NCBI GenBank assembly: GCA_015680685.1
Contig: MNCI01000425.1
Coordinates: 170,246 to 234,245 of the forward strand
Length of the DNA: 64,000 nucleotides
Source: Gnetum montanum
Lineage: Eukaryota > Plantae > Gnetophyta
Direction: 5' to 3'
Shown: positions 36,809-50,977 of the stretch, piece by piece
Layout: every line of letters begins with the position of its first letter
Position numbering within the stretch: position 1 is the stretch's first letter
The notes under the pieces: generated by a model
The model's database searches: none
What the model saw: only the letters and a program-made list of their open reading frames with translations
What the model was told of the DNA's origin: nothing
Position numbers and translations under genes: made by a program

Positions 36809-38999
36809 ACTCATTCTTTGATTTTAATGTTTAAACTAAAGCCAATGTCACTAGGCTAGTGACCTAGTGCATCACTTCTTGAGATTCATCACCTACCACT
36901 TTAGAGTCACTTCTCTTTGTTAGTTCTAATACTTATTATCATCCTTGCTATCCCAAGAATAAGGCCTATTAATTTTTAGTTATTAATCCTCAATTTTTTA
37001 TTTATCATCATCCTTCTTTAGAGTTATCTTCTTGCCTTGTGAGAATTATTTTAATAAATATTTATTATCTTATTATTTATTAGGGGAAGATGGAATCAAT
37101 CCTTTCCTTTACTTAGCATCTCTCGACCTTTACTTCACTTTGTACCACTCAAAGCTTGCATATTTTTTCTTTGTAAGACATTTCAAATCATACTATATTT
37201 ACCATCAATTGTAATAGATTTTTCAAAGATTAGAGAAACAATAAATAACATTATAGTTAATATTTGGTTAAGGTATACTAGGTAATAGTTAGTTTTAGTG
37301 GAAAAGTAGCTACAAGGAAAAAATTAATTAAAAAATATAAAAACTATAATAAATAAAATGAGTTAGAGGAAAAAGAAAAAATAAGAAATCTATCTAATTA
37401 TTAATTACCTATTTTTATTTATTTCTTACATTGTGTGATAAGCTAAGTCTATATCTGATTTGAAGAATGAGTCACTTAACTATTGATGTTTCCAATTATT
37501 CAAGGAATAGTCATTCGACTACTTATATTCTTAAGTCAAGAAAATCTTTTTGATAAGTAAGGTTTTGTTGTGTGAGTTTTTGCAAAACAATCTTGTATCC
37601 ACACAACCATGGCTATGAAAATTGTCCTAAAATAAGAGAAAACTAAATGGATCTTTTTTATCTACAAACATAATAGAATCTTATGTTTCAGTTTTCATTA
37701 TTTCTCTCACTATAACACAATTGTATTTTATGTGATATAATATTTTTTATTCTTTAAATGTAGCAACATACACAATTAAACTTTGCAATTCATATTTGTG
37801 TTCTCTTCATGCAACAAATTAGGTTTGTGAACCAAAGATTTTCTTTTTTCCTTTTTTTCTTTTTTTGTTTTAGAAAATACACCCATGATAGATAATATCC
37901 TACAAGAATAACTAAATAAGTAAATAATCTACACTCAAAAATGTTTACTTCTATGAATGTTATCTATGTCTCGACACTTTCATGAATGCTCATAACTTAA
38001 CATTGCTTATTGTAATCAAACATGTGACCTATGTCTTCATGTTAAAACTCATACTATTTCTATTGTGGTAAGACTCTTGATTTAGAAACTCTAAGTTATG
38101 GATTTGATTCTAGTGCTTAATGATGAGTTATAAAGTTCTATTTAGACTATATATCTTGGGGTGTACCTATGTTTCAATTATTTTGAGTTCTAACACACAT
38201 CCATAACATATAATGATCTAAAGCTAATTTCAAGAGCTTAAATAATTCTTATATATTTTTATTTAAAATTTTTTATTTACTTTTTAAAAAAATAATTTAT
38301 GAAATAATACAATAATATACAAGGTTTATCTTCTACCATTTGTAGTAGGCATACTTGCTTGCAACACATAATAGTTTTTATTTTCAATAAAAAAAGATAA
38401 TGTGATCTTATTCTTCTTCTTTTTTTTTGATAAGATGACAATTAAGAATATTCCTAGAACAATGCATTTCCAAGATGCGTGTTGATAAAAATTTCCTTAT
38501 TTGGAATATTTGTGGGATGGGGACACTTTTGGGAAATCCTTAGGAATGTGGGTGGGATGTCTTACATAAGTTCACTTAAAAATTTCATTGTTTATGTAGG
38601 AAAACATGGAAATATTTCATCAAAATTGTTGTTGAAAATTGAAAGCTTGAAATTGATTAGAAATGTAGAGAATATAAAGCCAAGGTATTCAACTTAGATT
38701 TCTTTAGATGTTTTAGCATAGTTTTCCTTGACATATTTAAAATGTAATTAGAACATATTATTTTAATATATTTTTCTCTCATGTCCTAGACCACATTTGC
38801 AAAATTCATCATAAGCCCCAAACTTGCCCTAAAATGTGTTCTAATGTCCTAAAGTCCCAATGTCTAAGAAATGTTTTGATGCATAGGCTTATCTAAGTAC
38901 CTTATTATTTCATTGTTATCCTTAGATTTTGAATTTCCTATTTTTGTTGGAATCTTGAAATAATTAGGTATATCCCAAAATATATATTCTAATTAGAAT

Positions 39000-41800
39000 T
39001 TTATTTTTCAGGATTACCCACCAAAATTAAATCCATGACTTGAAGCATTAAATCAAGAGTGTTATGACTATGCTAAAAACCTAATACAACACATCCATAA
39101 AGAATAGTAGGTTGAAAAATGACATGATAAACATATTTTTAGATAATAGAATTTTCTTCTTAAATTTTCATTTTAAAGAAATTAAGGCTTTCATGCCTCT
39201 TGAAACTCTTTTATTAATGCACTAATTCCATTTGTAGTTGCAGGAGCATTCTAGGCCAACATATTTTTGAGAGAAAATTATGTCTATACGTTGATGTCAT
39301 CTAGTAAAATTTTACATAATATTACATGTGTCACAAATTATAATTTTTAGTTTTTAGACATCAAATTTCATTCCTAAATGCTAATAAAAATCATAAATAC
39401 TATTAAGCATTTGCTACACTTATTTTATCAAATTTAAAATTACGGTAACATTATCAGCATAGAGTAATAGTTTGATAGGACTACTTTCAATTGTGATTAC
39501 AAATTTAGTATTTTATACATCCACTCTTCAAGTTCATCAATTAAAAACCCAAATAAAGGAAGAGAAAGAGAACATCCTTGTTTAACACCAATAAAACTAT
39601 TAAATAAAACTCTTTCTATAACATATGTAAACAAAATTTATACCTCTTTATGATGTTTTTGGATAGTAGATAATAGTGTGCAAGGAACTTCTAAATTTTC
39701 CAAGTTCCTCCATAACTTACTTTGAATGATAGAATCATAGAACTTATAAAAACCTACATTGTGTATAAAAGTTTTCTTATATAGACCTTTTGCTCTATCA
39801 ATAAAATATTTTAAAATGATGAGATGATTTATGGTATAATGTTATCACTAAATCTTGTTTGAGAAATTACATTTATTAATTTTGTTTAGAACATCTTCTA
39901 AATATAGATTCTAGAATAGTTTCTAGAAGCTTTGCAACAATATTGCTGATTACAATCAATCTCTAATTAAATCTTTTTTCTCTCCCTTTTTAAAGTGCAT
40001 AACTACTTTAAAGATGTACTATTCATTTTCTAACCTCACTTGCATAGCCAAATTTAACTTCTTTCAAATAGCATTTCATACTAATGGCTCTTTCCATTTA
40101 AGCATTTCTTCATGTAAGTTATTTACATCAATAGATTTTCGTAATGTCATATTTTTATCTCTTGTAATGTGTCATCAAATGAAATAAATAACTTATTTCC
40201 ATTATTATGAAAATGTTTTATTTTATCATTGCTACAAAATAAAGCTTGATAAATATTTTCAATATCTTTAAGAAAGAAAACATAGTTTATTCTTTCTTCC
40301 TTTAAAATGACTAATAAAAACATTTGAGATCATTTTTATTATTTCTAATCAATTGTTAGGTCTTTATTGGACAAATTCCCTCTTCTTAGTTTTAATTAGA
40401 TTTTTATATAACTTAATAGTTTCTAGTGACTTATAAGTCTTGAACAAAATTTTAATTATCTTATATTTTTCATCAAACCATTATTGATTTTTTGTGTTTT
40501 AGCTATTAAGGTCTTTTATCCGTATCCTCACAATTTTCAACCCTAATAAAAAGTCATTGTAAACAATTACTAAGTAAAACATATAATTTCATACAAATAA
40601 GTAGATCCATTCCAAATAATTTGATCCTTTTTTAACCCCACTTGCATAGCCAAATTTAACTCTCATAAATAAAATTCTATAACAATGACCGTTCTTAGTT
40701 AAGCAGTTTTTTTATTTAAGTTATTTACATCAATAGCTTTTCCTAATGTCAAATTTTTGATCTCATGCAATGTGTCATTAAATAAAATGAATAATGTATT
40801 AATGTTACTATGAAATTGCTCTCTTTTATCATTACTATAAAATAAAGCTTGATACATATTTTCAATATCTTTAAGAAAGAAAACATGGTTTGTTCTTCTC
40901 TTAGTTTCAAATGAAGGTCAAAAATATTTTTTATTTTTTAATCATCTCTAATAAACTATTATGTCTTTCCTAGAAAAATCCCTTCTTATTTTGAATTAGA
41001 TTTTTACAGAACTTAATAGTTTCTAGTGACTTCTAAGTCTTGAATAAAATTCTAATTATCTTACATTCTTCATGAAACCATTGTTGATTGTTTGTATTTT
41101 AGCCATCAAGGTTCTTCATCTATATGCTCACAATTTTCAAATTCATTCCAAATAAGATGATTCTTTTCTAAACCCACATGCATAGCCAAATTTAACTTCT
41201 TCCAATATAATGTTATAGTAAATTCTTCCACTTGCACCATCTATAGCCATTAGATTTTTAAAAGATAAACATGTTTTATATATCCATTCTTCAACCATCT
41301 TAAGCATTATTTCTTCATTTCCATTTGGTACCAATAAAACCTTTGGAAATTTAAAAACTAAATCTCCATATCCATTTCATTTTAAATATGTAGCATATAT
41401 AATCAAATTTTTCTTTAATGAGGGATCTGTACTCTTAGTAGTTATTAAGGAAAAGAATGGACTACATTGTAGATTGTGTTTTTGTTGCTACTTAAGATAT
41501 TTAGACAGAAAAAAGGAATTCATTTGCTACCATTCTATTAAGGTATGAAGAATAACCATTACTTTTAGGCATATTAGGTATCTCTATATCCATAAGAAGT
41601 TCACATAGCTTCTCATATTTCATTAATGATAGGTCTACTTTACATAAGGAATAAGCTACTTTCAATTTATTGAAAACTTATTTCTTATTAGCTTTCTTTA
41701 TGTTCTTCACATGTTTTAGTATTTCTTGAACTTGATTATTATATAATTCAAACCATCTTTTTTGAGTTTTTTGATGTGCATTTTATTTTTCATGAGAAAT
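39000..41800 (-). mobile_element. Highly decayed LINE, RTE-like RT
   Basis: GVKQGCSLS (~39565-39590), VGFYKFYDSI (VDF.KAFDS-like, ~39730-39760) and LDDI (~39290-39305). Boundaries and clade are uncertain. Confidence 0.6.
40033..41200. repeat. Old tandem duplication (~600 bp) within the LINE
   Basis: cac(t/a)tgcatagccaaatttaact at ~40037, ~40639 and ~41175. The first two units align over about 500 bp (e.g. acttaatagtttctagtgactt). Confidence 0.85.
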
Positions 41801-41811
41801 ACAAGAATCAT

Positions 41812-42580
41812 TGATGAGCAACAAATCACAAGCACGTATGTGTAATCCAATCAAATTCTATGGAATCTTTGAGTGGCTAGTATCCTAGATAAGTTAAGTG
41901 TGATGTGGTTTATCATTATCTTCTTAATCATCACTTGTATTTACTCCTCTCATATAGCTAAGTATGATTGAGGCATAAAATATTTATATTTTTATTATTA
42001 AAATATTAATATGTTGAAATGATGAAGTGAGTAAAATATTAAATCCTAACTATCTATGAAACTAAGTGTGATTAAAACTATTCTAGGAATATGGTATCCA
42101 TTCCAAATTTTTGTATCTATGCTAAACTTATACTAACATTGTTGGGTTACCAAGTGATTATTGCTAAGATTGCCAAGTGATAATATAACATGCCCAAAGT
42201 GGTCATACCCATGCTATTGTGAAATAAAATACTAATTTCCTAAGTACAAAAAGGTAAAATGAAATAAAAGAAAATGGAAAAAATGAATTTTGATCTTATT
42301 ATCATCATGAAGAAGTGTCCAAGTACAACATGCACTTAAATAAAATTATGTTCAATCAACTCAATCCATGTTGTAGGCACTCAAATAGAATTTTAGCTAA
42401 GTCCTACAAAAAAAACTCTAAGAGCTTTGTTATGAAAATGATCAAAGGCTCCATAAATGTGAGTAGTATGCACATTTATATAGGCTTATGGAGGATCAGC
42501 ATTGACACATATGCATCAACACATCCAAGGATATGTCAACAAGGTTATGTCAATGTAGCCGATTAACTCAAACTTCATCA
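41812..42580 (-). repeat. 3' LTR of Athila copy B
   Basis: Termini tgatgag...ttcatca. The adjacent 42581-42615 (reverse: cttgaggatgac...cagtcatgagggta) is homologous to the PPT region at ~54890-54924. Confidence 0.8.
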
Positions 42581-42849
42581 TACCCTCATGACTGACTAAA
42601 AAGTCATCCTCAAGTAAAAAAAATGTAGGACCAAGTTGTTTACAAAATTTAAGTATGAAACTAATAATGAACTAACTAACTGACTACAATAATAGATAAA
42701 TTTTTAGTGCCACATTATAAAATATTTGCATGGGTACAAAAAGTTGTAAAATATATAAAAATTTGGATAGGTTGGAAAAACTAGTAGGTAATGGCTAAAT
42801 GTAATGGATTAAGATGAGATCTTAACACAATTATTGGAGGTAAGGATCT

Positions 42850-45800
42850 TATGGCTTGAAGGATCCTTCATCACATCTCGATCTTAATGGTAATCTTCGT
42901 TGTACTATTACTATTGTTGATGCTTTTGGAAATTGAAGGTATCTAGGAGTGCCTTCATCCTCTTCTCCTTGCTCTATGGATCATTTATTATCTAGGAGGA
43001 TTCTCCTAGACTTGTTAGTATTATTATATTCCATAGGAAAAGCACGGTTGAAAACACTTCCTGTATATTGACAAACTAGGCTACAAACTATTTACATTCA
43101 ATACCAAACATAGGAACAAGCTTTTGCAGTTCCTAGTATTTGTTCATTCTCTTGGCAAGGTTCTTAGTAACTTATCTCTAATTTTTAAATATTCTATTGA
43201 TAAATTCAAGCTTTGTATTAGCCACTCCAATTTTCTAGTTGGTTTTTTTGTGGAGCTTGAACTCCATCTCATAGAGGAGATAGGAGTTGGCCATCTGCTT
43301 CTCAAGTTCTAATCTTAGCCTCCCTACTATCAATATTGCCTAGTTTGCATATTAGAGGTTAGCTAACTCCATGTATTTAGTCATCTACTTAATTTAAAAC
43401 TCTTTTAAGTAGATTTTAGCTTGATTGTAGGCATTAAGGCCATCAAAGATGGGATGCCATACATCACCTCATTGTTGGAGTTGCTAGAAGGCTTTCTATA
43501 CCTTAGCCTTCATGAGTTTAATCTCTTTTACATAAATCCCCTTGAGAATATAAAATTGATTTCTTTAGTGATTCTTCATTTTCTCATATTTCAAGGCCTT
43601 ATGCTTCTAGGTGGTGATCTCAATGATAGTCTTCTAGTGAAGGGTACAAACCCCCTCCATTAAGAGATTCCTATTCTTGGCAGTGAACCTTCTCACATTC
43701 TAGTTTACCTTAGTAAGATATTCATGCTACTAATGAATGTACTCCATAATTTGATCCTTCTATTATTTAGCATTTCATAGGTAGTGATTCTGCGTAGTTA
43801 ACATAAGATTTTTCTTTTGAATCTATTAAAGGTTATAGCTTGAAGAATTCATCATCTCTTCCAATAGTGGCACATCAAAAACTATTATTTCTTTCACATT
43901 CTTGGCCTCCTATAGTCTTTATTAAAGCTACTACAAAGCTTCATCCCTTGTATGTTTAGACTTCAAAATGGATGGATTAGACAAGTAGGCTCTTAATTTC
44001 GCAAACTTAGTTGCCAATTGTTGATGACTAATGATAACATCCTTAAGTTGCATGTTGGCAATGAGTAACCTAGCCATTGTTTCTAATAGTTGGAGCTATG
44101 TGGCTAAATTATCTTCTAGAAGATTAAAGATCTTTAGAATTAGTTTCCTAGTTTTGACTAGTTGCTCCAATACTTCTTTGTGTTGTATTGCACTCATTCC
44201 CCTACTCTCAACTCCTACAAATATTTGGATGCTTGCCATAAAAACAACATCAAGGACAAATACTACAAGGGTACTTAAAGCCTCTTCAATCTTATGTGCA
44301 ACCACCTTAACTATAGTTTCCTAGCCCTTATGAGCATGACTAAGACTGTTTCTCCTTCTTCTTCCAACATGATAGAGAAGGTTGCTACATTCTTAATGAT
44401 TTTTTGGAATTATTATCTCAAAATGGACACAATGATTTCTCTAACACTGGGGTTATTGCAAAAAAGGTCCTAATCCTTCATGTAGACAATACTGGGACTA
44501 GTTCATCTACCAACCAACTAATTGTCTTGGTGACCTCATTGAGATGGCTCATGACCAAATTCTATACAATGGAATCACTATCACCTCTAGAGGCTTATTT
44601 CTACAATTGCTACTCCCTAAGCTTCCTTAGGCATTTAGCAACTACTACCATTTCAAGAGTCATCTCTAATGTTGTAGGTGGTGGAGGTGGCAATTTTTCT
44701 TTTTGAAGCCTGGCATGAGCTTTATCCTTCATCATTTTCTACCATTATGCAACATGAGCCTTACAGATGACATCATTTTCATAGTGATCTATGAATCTCC
44801 TTTTGTAATTTTTTTAAATTAGGTAATAAAATGGAAGTGTTTTCCTACCCTTCTCATTATTCTTAAACCACTTCTTAATTTCTAGGAAGATGAGTTGAGG
44901 AAGGTTAACTTAGAACTTTCCACTTAGAGCCACACATGCCCCTACAAAGAGGATAGTTATCTTGCTTGGCCTTATTGTGAGATTAAGGTGATAAGGTATA
45001 ATTTTGAGGTAGGCTCTCTCTTCTTTAGTAAGGGCCTTATACTCCTTATGGTTCAATGCATAGCACCATTGAATCCATTCTTTCTTTGCCTCAAGATCCA
45101 CCTAAGTTGATATCTCTACAAAATTTCCCTTTGTATTATGCAATCTAAGGGCTTCTACTATATCCTTAACCAAATAGAAGATGTTGATATTTTTAATCTT
45201 GATTGTGGCATCTTCTTGATGGTTTTTCTAAAAGAGGTAGATCACCTTGCTTAGCCTTATTGTGGGATTAAGGTGATAGGTCACAATTTTAAAGTAGGTT
45301 TTATCTACTTTGGTAAGGGCTCTATACTACTTACAATCCACTACATAACACCATTGAATCCATTTTTTGTTTGCCTCAATATCCACTTGAGTTGATATCT
45401 TTGATAGCTTTGCCCTAGTGTTAGGTAATCCAAGGGCTTTTCCTATAGCCTCAATCAAATAGGTGATGGTGATATCTTTAATCTTGACCATGGCATCTTC
45501 TTAATAGATGTTCCAAAAGACATAGGTTTCTTCCATGTATAATTCTTTATTGATGAAGAGAATGGACCATAGCAGAAACCCTTATAGCTAGAATTTAACC
45601 TCCTTTGATGTTAATTCTAGAAAAGGTCTAAAGTTCAATTCTTAAAGAATTGAGCTTTAAACATTCTTATTTTAGACCTTCTTGAGGCAGCACTCAATGG
45701 GCGTGACCTTTAAGTTAAGCCTTAGTCTTGGGACCTCATCTCTATGGTGGGAATCTAGCAAACAGATTCTAGCTTAGGCTCTTTTCATAAGGACCTGATA

Positions 45801-45928
45801 ACATGAGTTACCTTGGTAGCTTATTCTTGGGGTTTTGGTGGTTGTTGCAATTATCCTCTTCCTCCATGCTACTATTTGTCTCATGGCTACAATGGCCCTC
45901 CTACCTGTAGTTCTCATTTTGGTGCCAT
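42850..45928 (-). pseudogene. Athila 3' accessory ORF, ~1000 codons (basic N-terminus, plant-transposon-like domain, coiled coil)
   Basis: Starts MAPK*ELQVGGP at 45928; VNLPQLIFLEIKKW...TLPFYYLI at ~44820-44910; coiled-coil ORF 44096-44305. The 3' end is approximate. Confidence 0.75.
44961..45525. repeat. 285-bp tandem duplication within the 3' ORF
   Basis: cttgctt(g/a)gccttattgtg at 44961 and 45246; the units align throughout. Confidence 0.9.
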
Positions 45929-46830
45929 CAGCAATCACAAAAAAAACCATGGATTAGTTATTTTAATATAATCTCTCTATGTTTCGATACATTTCAATTG
46001 TTTGATAGGGTTAAGTTTGGCAATAAATTTAAAATTTATTATTAATCTCTTATTTAGTGATTTTAGGTGTATGAAAATGGTTTATTATTATTATTTTCCC
46101 TCTTCAATGGAGGTTGATTATTGGTATTATTTCTTAGGATAATTATTTTAATATTATTTTAATACCTGATCTATGGGATGTTAGAAAAATATTTGCTAAA
46201 GCTAGCATTGATGCTCCCATGATGTAACGCATACCTTTGAAAGCATAAGGATTGAAAAATAGGTTAAAATGGGTAAGTGGTAAGGAACTTATGACTTTAG
46301 GAAGTTTCTAGGCTTCAAAAAATTACAAAAAATCCCTTAGCATTTAAAGTAAAATGTAAAAAAAATGGATAAGTATCATGCATATTTATCTAATTTTTAT
46401 GTTGCATCGATGGGGATGTGTTGATGGGACTACATTAACATATCCAACTATGTTGATAGGAATGCATTGATGCAAACACTTACAAGAATTTTTTCAACTT
46501 AAGTTCTAAGGAAATTTTAAAGAGTTTACTGATGAAATAAGGTTTAATGAAAGCTAGAAAGTTGGAAAACCAAGGCAACAATATCATATGAAGGTTTGGT
46601 TCATACATTAGAGTGAATCAAGCATATAGAATGAGTAAATATGAGATGTTCTTTAAGAAAAATCAACACAAAACTAAATGATGTAGGCTAGCAAGATTAT
46701 AAATAACAAAGTCAAGGCCTACGATTATGGGATTTAAATTAAAGAATATTAAAAGCCATAAAAGTGGGTCCTCCCCAAACTAGGCTAATTCTTAAACATA
46801 CAATTGCATAACTCCATCAAAAGGAGTTTG

Positions 46831-47767
46831 TGGTGTAGAAACACCTCTTTCAATCCCCTTGATTTTCCCTACATATGTGTTTTATATATTTCGGGCTTTG
46901 TGGAGATGTCTTAGAGGTCAAGGAGACATCTTATCTATGAGTGAGATCTTTATAGAATATGTCTTTAGTTTGGTAGGAGATGTCTTGAAATTGATGGAGA
47001 TGTCTTTCCTACAATAGAAACATCTTGCCAACCATGAAGATGTCTTACCTTATAGTAGATGTCTAACCCAATGAGGAGGAATCTTCTAAAAATAATAGAT
47101 GTCTTACTTAAAAGTTGTGTTTTTGCAAAAGACGGCCTATGAATGCTAGAAATGACCTATGCGGTTGAGAAACTTATTGAATTTATTGTTCCAAGTTGGA
47201 AATCAACTAGAAGATGAAGGAAAATGGTAGAAATAACATGGAAATTCCAAGTTTATCCTGTGAAATGTTTCCTTAGGTTTTTATCTTATTTTCCTAATAA
47301 ATATGTTATTGTTTCATGCTTATGGATGGACAAAAAGAGGGAGAGAAGTCTTGATGAGAGATTTTAAGTTGAGTAGGGCTTGGCAAGAGCGTGATAAAGT
47401 GCATTGAGTGAGTGTAGGTGTGGTTGCATCTATAGGGTCAATGTGTGTGGATTGGCCTATGTGTTCTTTTCTCTTTTTTACTTCTCTAAATTGAATCTTA
47501 GTCCCTAGTTGTAGGGGAGATTTACCATCAGTTTTGTCTTGCATTGAGAACAACCATTATGTGGTTGTAGATCCTCATGCTATGTAATATCATTAATTTT
47601 TTGGATAGGTTTTGATATTTATGTGCTTGGGAAACCTGATTATAATATTCTCTTTCAAATAATTGAAGATAGCTAGTTTCTTTGTTTTCTAGAAAAAGTT
47701 ATTATCTTTTCATAATATCTAGATTTAGTAGTTAAAGATGATTAATTATTAGAGTGAACCTACTATA
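46831..47767 (+). repeat. CRM-like 5' LTR
   Basis: tggtgtagaaacacctctt...gagtgaacctactata; aligns with 58417-59297. Confidence 0.88.
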
Positions 47768-47774
47768 GCTTTAT

Positions 47775-47786
47775 TGGTATCATAGC
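47775..47786 (+). promoter_or_regulatory. tRNA-Met primer binding site
   Basis: tggtatcatagc, 11/12 match to TGGTATCAGAGC. Confidence 0.85.
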
Positions 47787-47835
47787 TTTTTATTGATTAT
47801 TTCTTATATTTGGTTGAGAACTTTGTCTAGTTTAG

Positions 47836-49891
47836 ATGGCACCTAAGAAAAAATAGGTTCAAGCACTAGATAGAGACATGAAGAGCATGAACTCTACCTT
47901 CTAGATAATGGTTGCTTAGTTGGATAGGTAAAAAAAATATTAGTCCGAGCCATATTTTGACTCATAGAGATGATGAGCATTCTTATTTAGATGAAGAAGT
48001 TTCACAACCAAGTGGAGATAGAGCAAATGAAGAGGAAGAATAATCCAACTATGGGAGTGTAGAAACCCATTAGCCAATGACTCTAATGAGAGGGAATCCT
48101 ATCCTCAAATAATAATTTCAAGAACTCAAACTATTGTAAACACTTCTTTTCCAAGGAATCTTGATGAGGAAGATGATGCAAGGCTTGCTAGAGCATTCAA
48201 AAATGCTACACGATTTTCATACATGAAGTTGAAAATGTTTAATAGGATCAATGATACCAATGGTTTTGTAGGTTGGATGAAGGTACTTGAGAAGCATTTC
48301 TATTTGGAAGAGGTACCAAATATTTTAGGATACCTATTTTTAAATCCAAATTAGAAGGTATGACTTCTACTTAGTGGAAAAAAGAGTCCTAGGATTATGA
48401 AAGATGAAATAGTCAACCCATCAGAGATTAGGATATGATGAAATATAGGTTGAAAAGAAAATTTAAATAGTCTCATACCATTATGAATTTGAAATTCCTA
48501 AGGCAAGGTGACAAGGATTTCAAACAATTTTACATCAAATTTTATGATCTATTCCATCAAGTAAAAGTTTACTAGTAAGAATATGTACAAGTTTTAATCT
48601 TTTTAGGAGAGATCAAAATGATGTACTAGAAAGAGTTAAGCTCAGAAGAAGTGGATTCAAAAATAGAAGCAAACAAACTTCCAATGAAAAGGAGAAGGGA
48701 TCGAAGCTCAAATATAAAGGTAAGGATGGTCACCATGACAAAAAGACTAAAAGAGGTGATGAGAAGGACAAAGCTAAAAGGGACAAAGGCAAGGGAGGTA
48801 AGGGTCAAAGTAGCAGATCATCAAAAAGCTAATACTTCAAATGTGAAGAATGGAAACATAAGTAATGGGAATGTCCACTTTACAATGTAGAGAAGGCCAA
48901 AAATGTATAAAACATAAAGGTGGAAAAGACATAAAGCCAAGGTCTTTAGAGAGGTAATCCTAATGCTTCAAAAATTGAGGATGTTTCTAAATTAAATTCT
49001 TGTGCATTTATGGGGAATGTAAGTAGAGGAGGCCATCATAATAGAAAACTATTATTTTGAATTGGAGCTAGATGTTTTCTTAGTAGGGAATGGACTCATG
49101 TTTTTATTAATGGGGGAGTCCAAGAAAATGCTATTTCTTCAAGGGTAGTTTCTAGATTAGGTTTGGTAACTAATCCTCATTCTAGACCCTATAAAGTGCA
49201 TTCATCATCTAGAGATTTTTCCTAAGAGGTGATAGAACAATATACTTTGAAATTCAAAATTATAGGTTTTCATTATTTTTATGAAGTACGATGTGCTTCC
49301 AAGAAGATTTGTTGATGTAATTCTTGGTAGACCTTGGAATTTTGACAATGGTACTAAGTTTGATGAAGCAAGAAATGTATGAAGTACAACTAGACCTAAT
49401 GGAATTCATGAGTTGATTCCAATGACAATTGAACAAGTGAGGTAGTAAAGCTCACTTAATGCTTCCTTAATCCTTCTAGGAGAGAGGGAATATATTAAGG
49501 AACATGATGAAATAGGTTTTGGTTTTGTTGTATAACAACAATTGTTACTAACTATGATGATGTGCAAGTTGAACTTCCTACAAGTGTGCTAGGCTTGAAG
49601 GAGAAATTTCCCAAGGTGATCAAGGGAAAATAGGATGGATTTCCATTAATGAGGAATGTACAGTATCATATTGATTTTATTCCTAGTGCTACCATTCTAA
49701 ATAAGAGAGCTTATTGGATGGCACCAAATTAGCAAGATGAAGTGCAAAAGGTAAGTAGAGGAGTTACCTAAAAATGGTTTTGTAAGGGAATCCATTTCAC
49801 CTTGTGTAGTTGTAGCAATGCTAGTGCCAAAGAAGGACAATGATGAATTGAGGATGTGCATTGATTCTAAAGAAATGAACAAGATAAGAGT
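47836..49891 (+). pseudogene. gag-pol: CRM-like gag, protease and RT N-terminus
   Basis: MAPKK start, Zn knuckle at ~48833, FINGG (IDGGS-like) and ILGRPW, then RESISPCVVVAMLVPKKD..LRMCIDSKEMNKI, cut by an insertion. Confidence 0.85.
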
Positions 49892-50835
49892 TGATGAGTC
49901 ATGGTCTATTAGGTTTTTTTATCAGACCCCTATTATCGGAGCCCTATTATCTGAACCCTAATACAAGATACCAAGTCTGATAGGTCCCAATATCAGACCC
50001 CTGTTATCAAATCCCTGTTATGTACGCAATATCACGGCCTGCATGCGATCTCACGTACGTGATATCACAGTTCTAGTGTGAGCCTATAAATAAAAGGTGG
50101 TGCACTTGGTTTGAGGGATTAGATTTTTTAGAGTTTCTTAAAGTTTTAAGTGTTTAGTTTTAGTAGTTCTTTCTCTCAACCCTTTCATCCTAGTGCATGC
50201 CCATAGTGTGGTGATTGTAATTGTATGGAATCCTTATTCGAGTGTGATGTACTTGGACACGCACATGATCAACAATAAAGATCGAGATTACTTCATCATT
50301 GCAACATCCACTTAGCTTATTTATTTATTTATTTATTTGTTATTTACTACTTTCATAGTTAATATCTCTCTACTCTTATCTCCTAGTAACGTGGAATGAG
50401 TATGACTTAATCACGAGCATTCAAGTGTGACTACTTGGTAACCTAGTAGCATACTTAGGCCATGCATTTGGTAATCCTAGTGGTAGTTGTGCACAAGGTC
50501 CAAGATGTGTATAGATGATTAAGAAATGGATGCACATTGCACTTAGGCTAGTCTAGATTCTCTCTTACCCTTTCTTTCTTTTCCTCCTAGCTTAGTTAAT
50601 ATTATTTACCATCATACCCAGGAGTAGCATTAGCATAGGAACATATCATACACCTCACTCTAGACTAAACCATACATGATAAAGCTAATACTAGTCTAGG
50701 TGGGAAGATAGTGAATTATGATCTATGAGTAATTGTCTAGATACCACAACTAGCCTGTCTACGGAGTTCGATTAGATCGTGCGTGAAACACTCGTATTCG
50801 TATGGTTGAGTGTAGGGGTACCTCGCCACTCATCA
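49892..50835 (+). repeat. 5' LTR of the non-autonomous element
   Basis: Aligns end to end with 54925-55857; TATA tataaataaaa at ~50085. Confidence 0.93.
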
Positions 50836-50836
50836 T

Positions 50837-50854
50837 TAGCATCGTTGCTAGGGA
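50837..50854 (+). promoter_or_regulatory. Athila-type tRNA-Asp PBS (decayed)
   Basis: tagcatcgttgctaggga equals TGGCGCCGTTGCCGGGGA with only C>T and G>A changes. Confidence 0.85.
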
Positions 50855-50977
50855 CAGTGCTAGTTATCTAGATTAGTTATATCATACAAGGTCACTGTAT
50901 AGGAATTAATGATACATCTTTTAGGAAGAAATAATTATAAAAAAGTCACATAAAAATTCACACACAATTGCATAACC

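Noticed and set aside
38460-38890. Possible MITE or non-autonomous DNA transposon (gggacac / gtccc motifs, ends catag)
   Set aside because: No convincing TIR pair or TSD could be identified.
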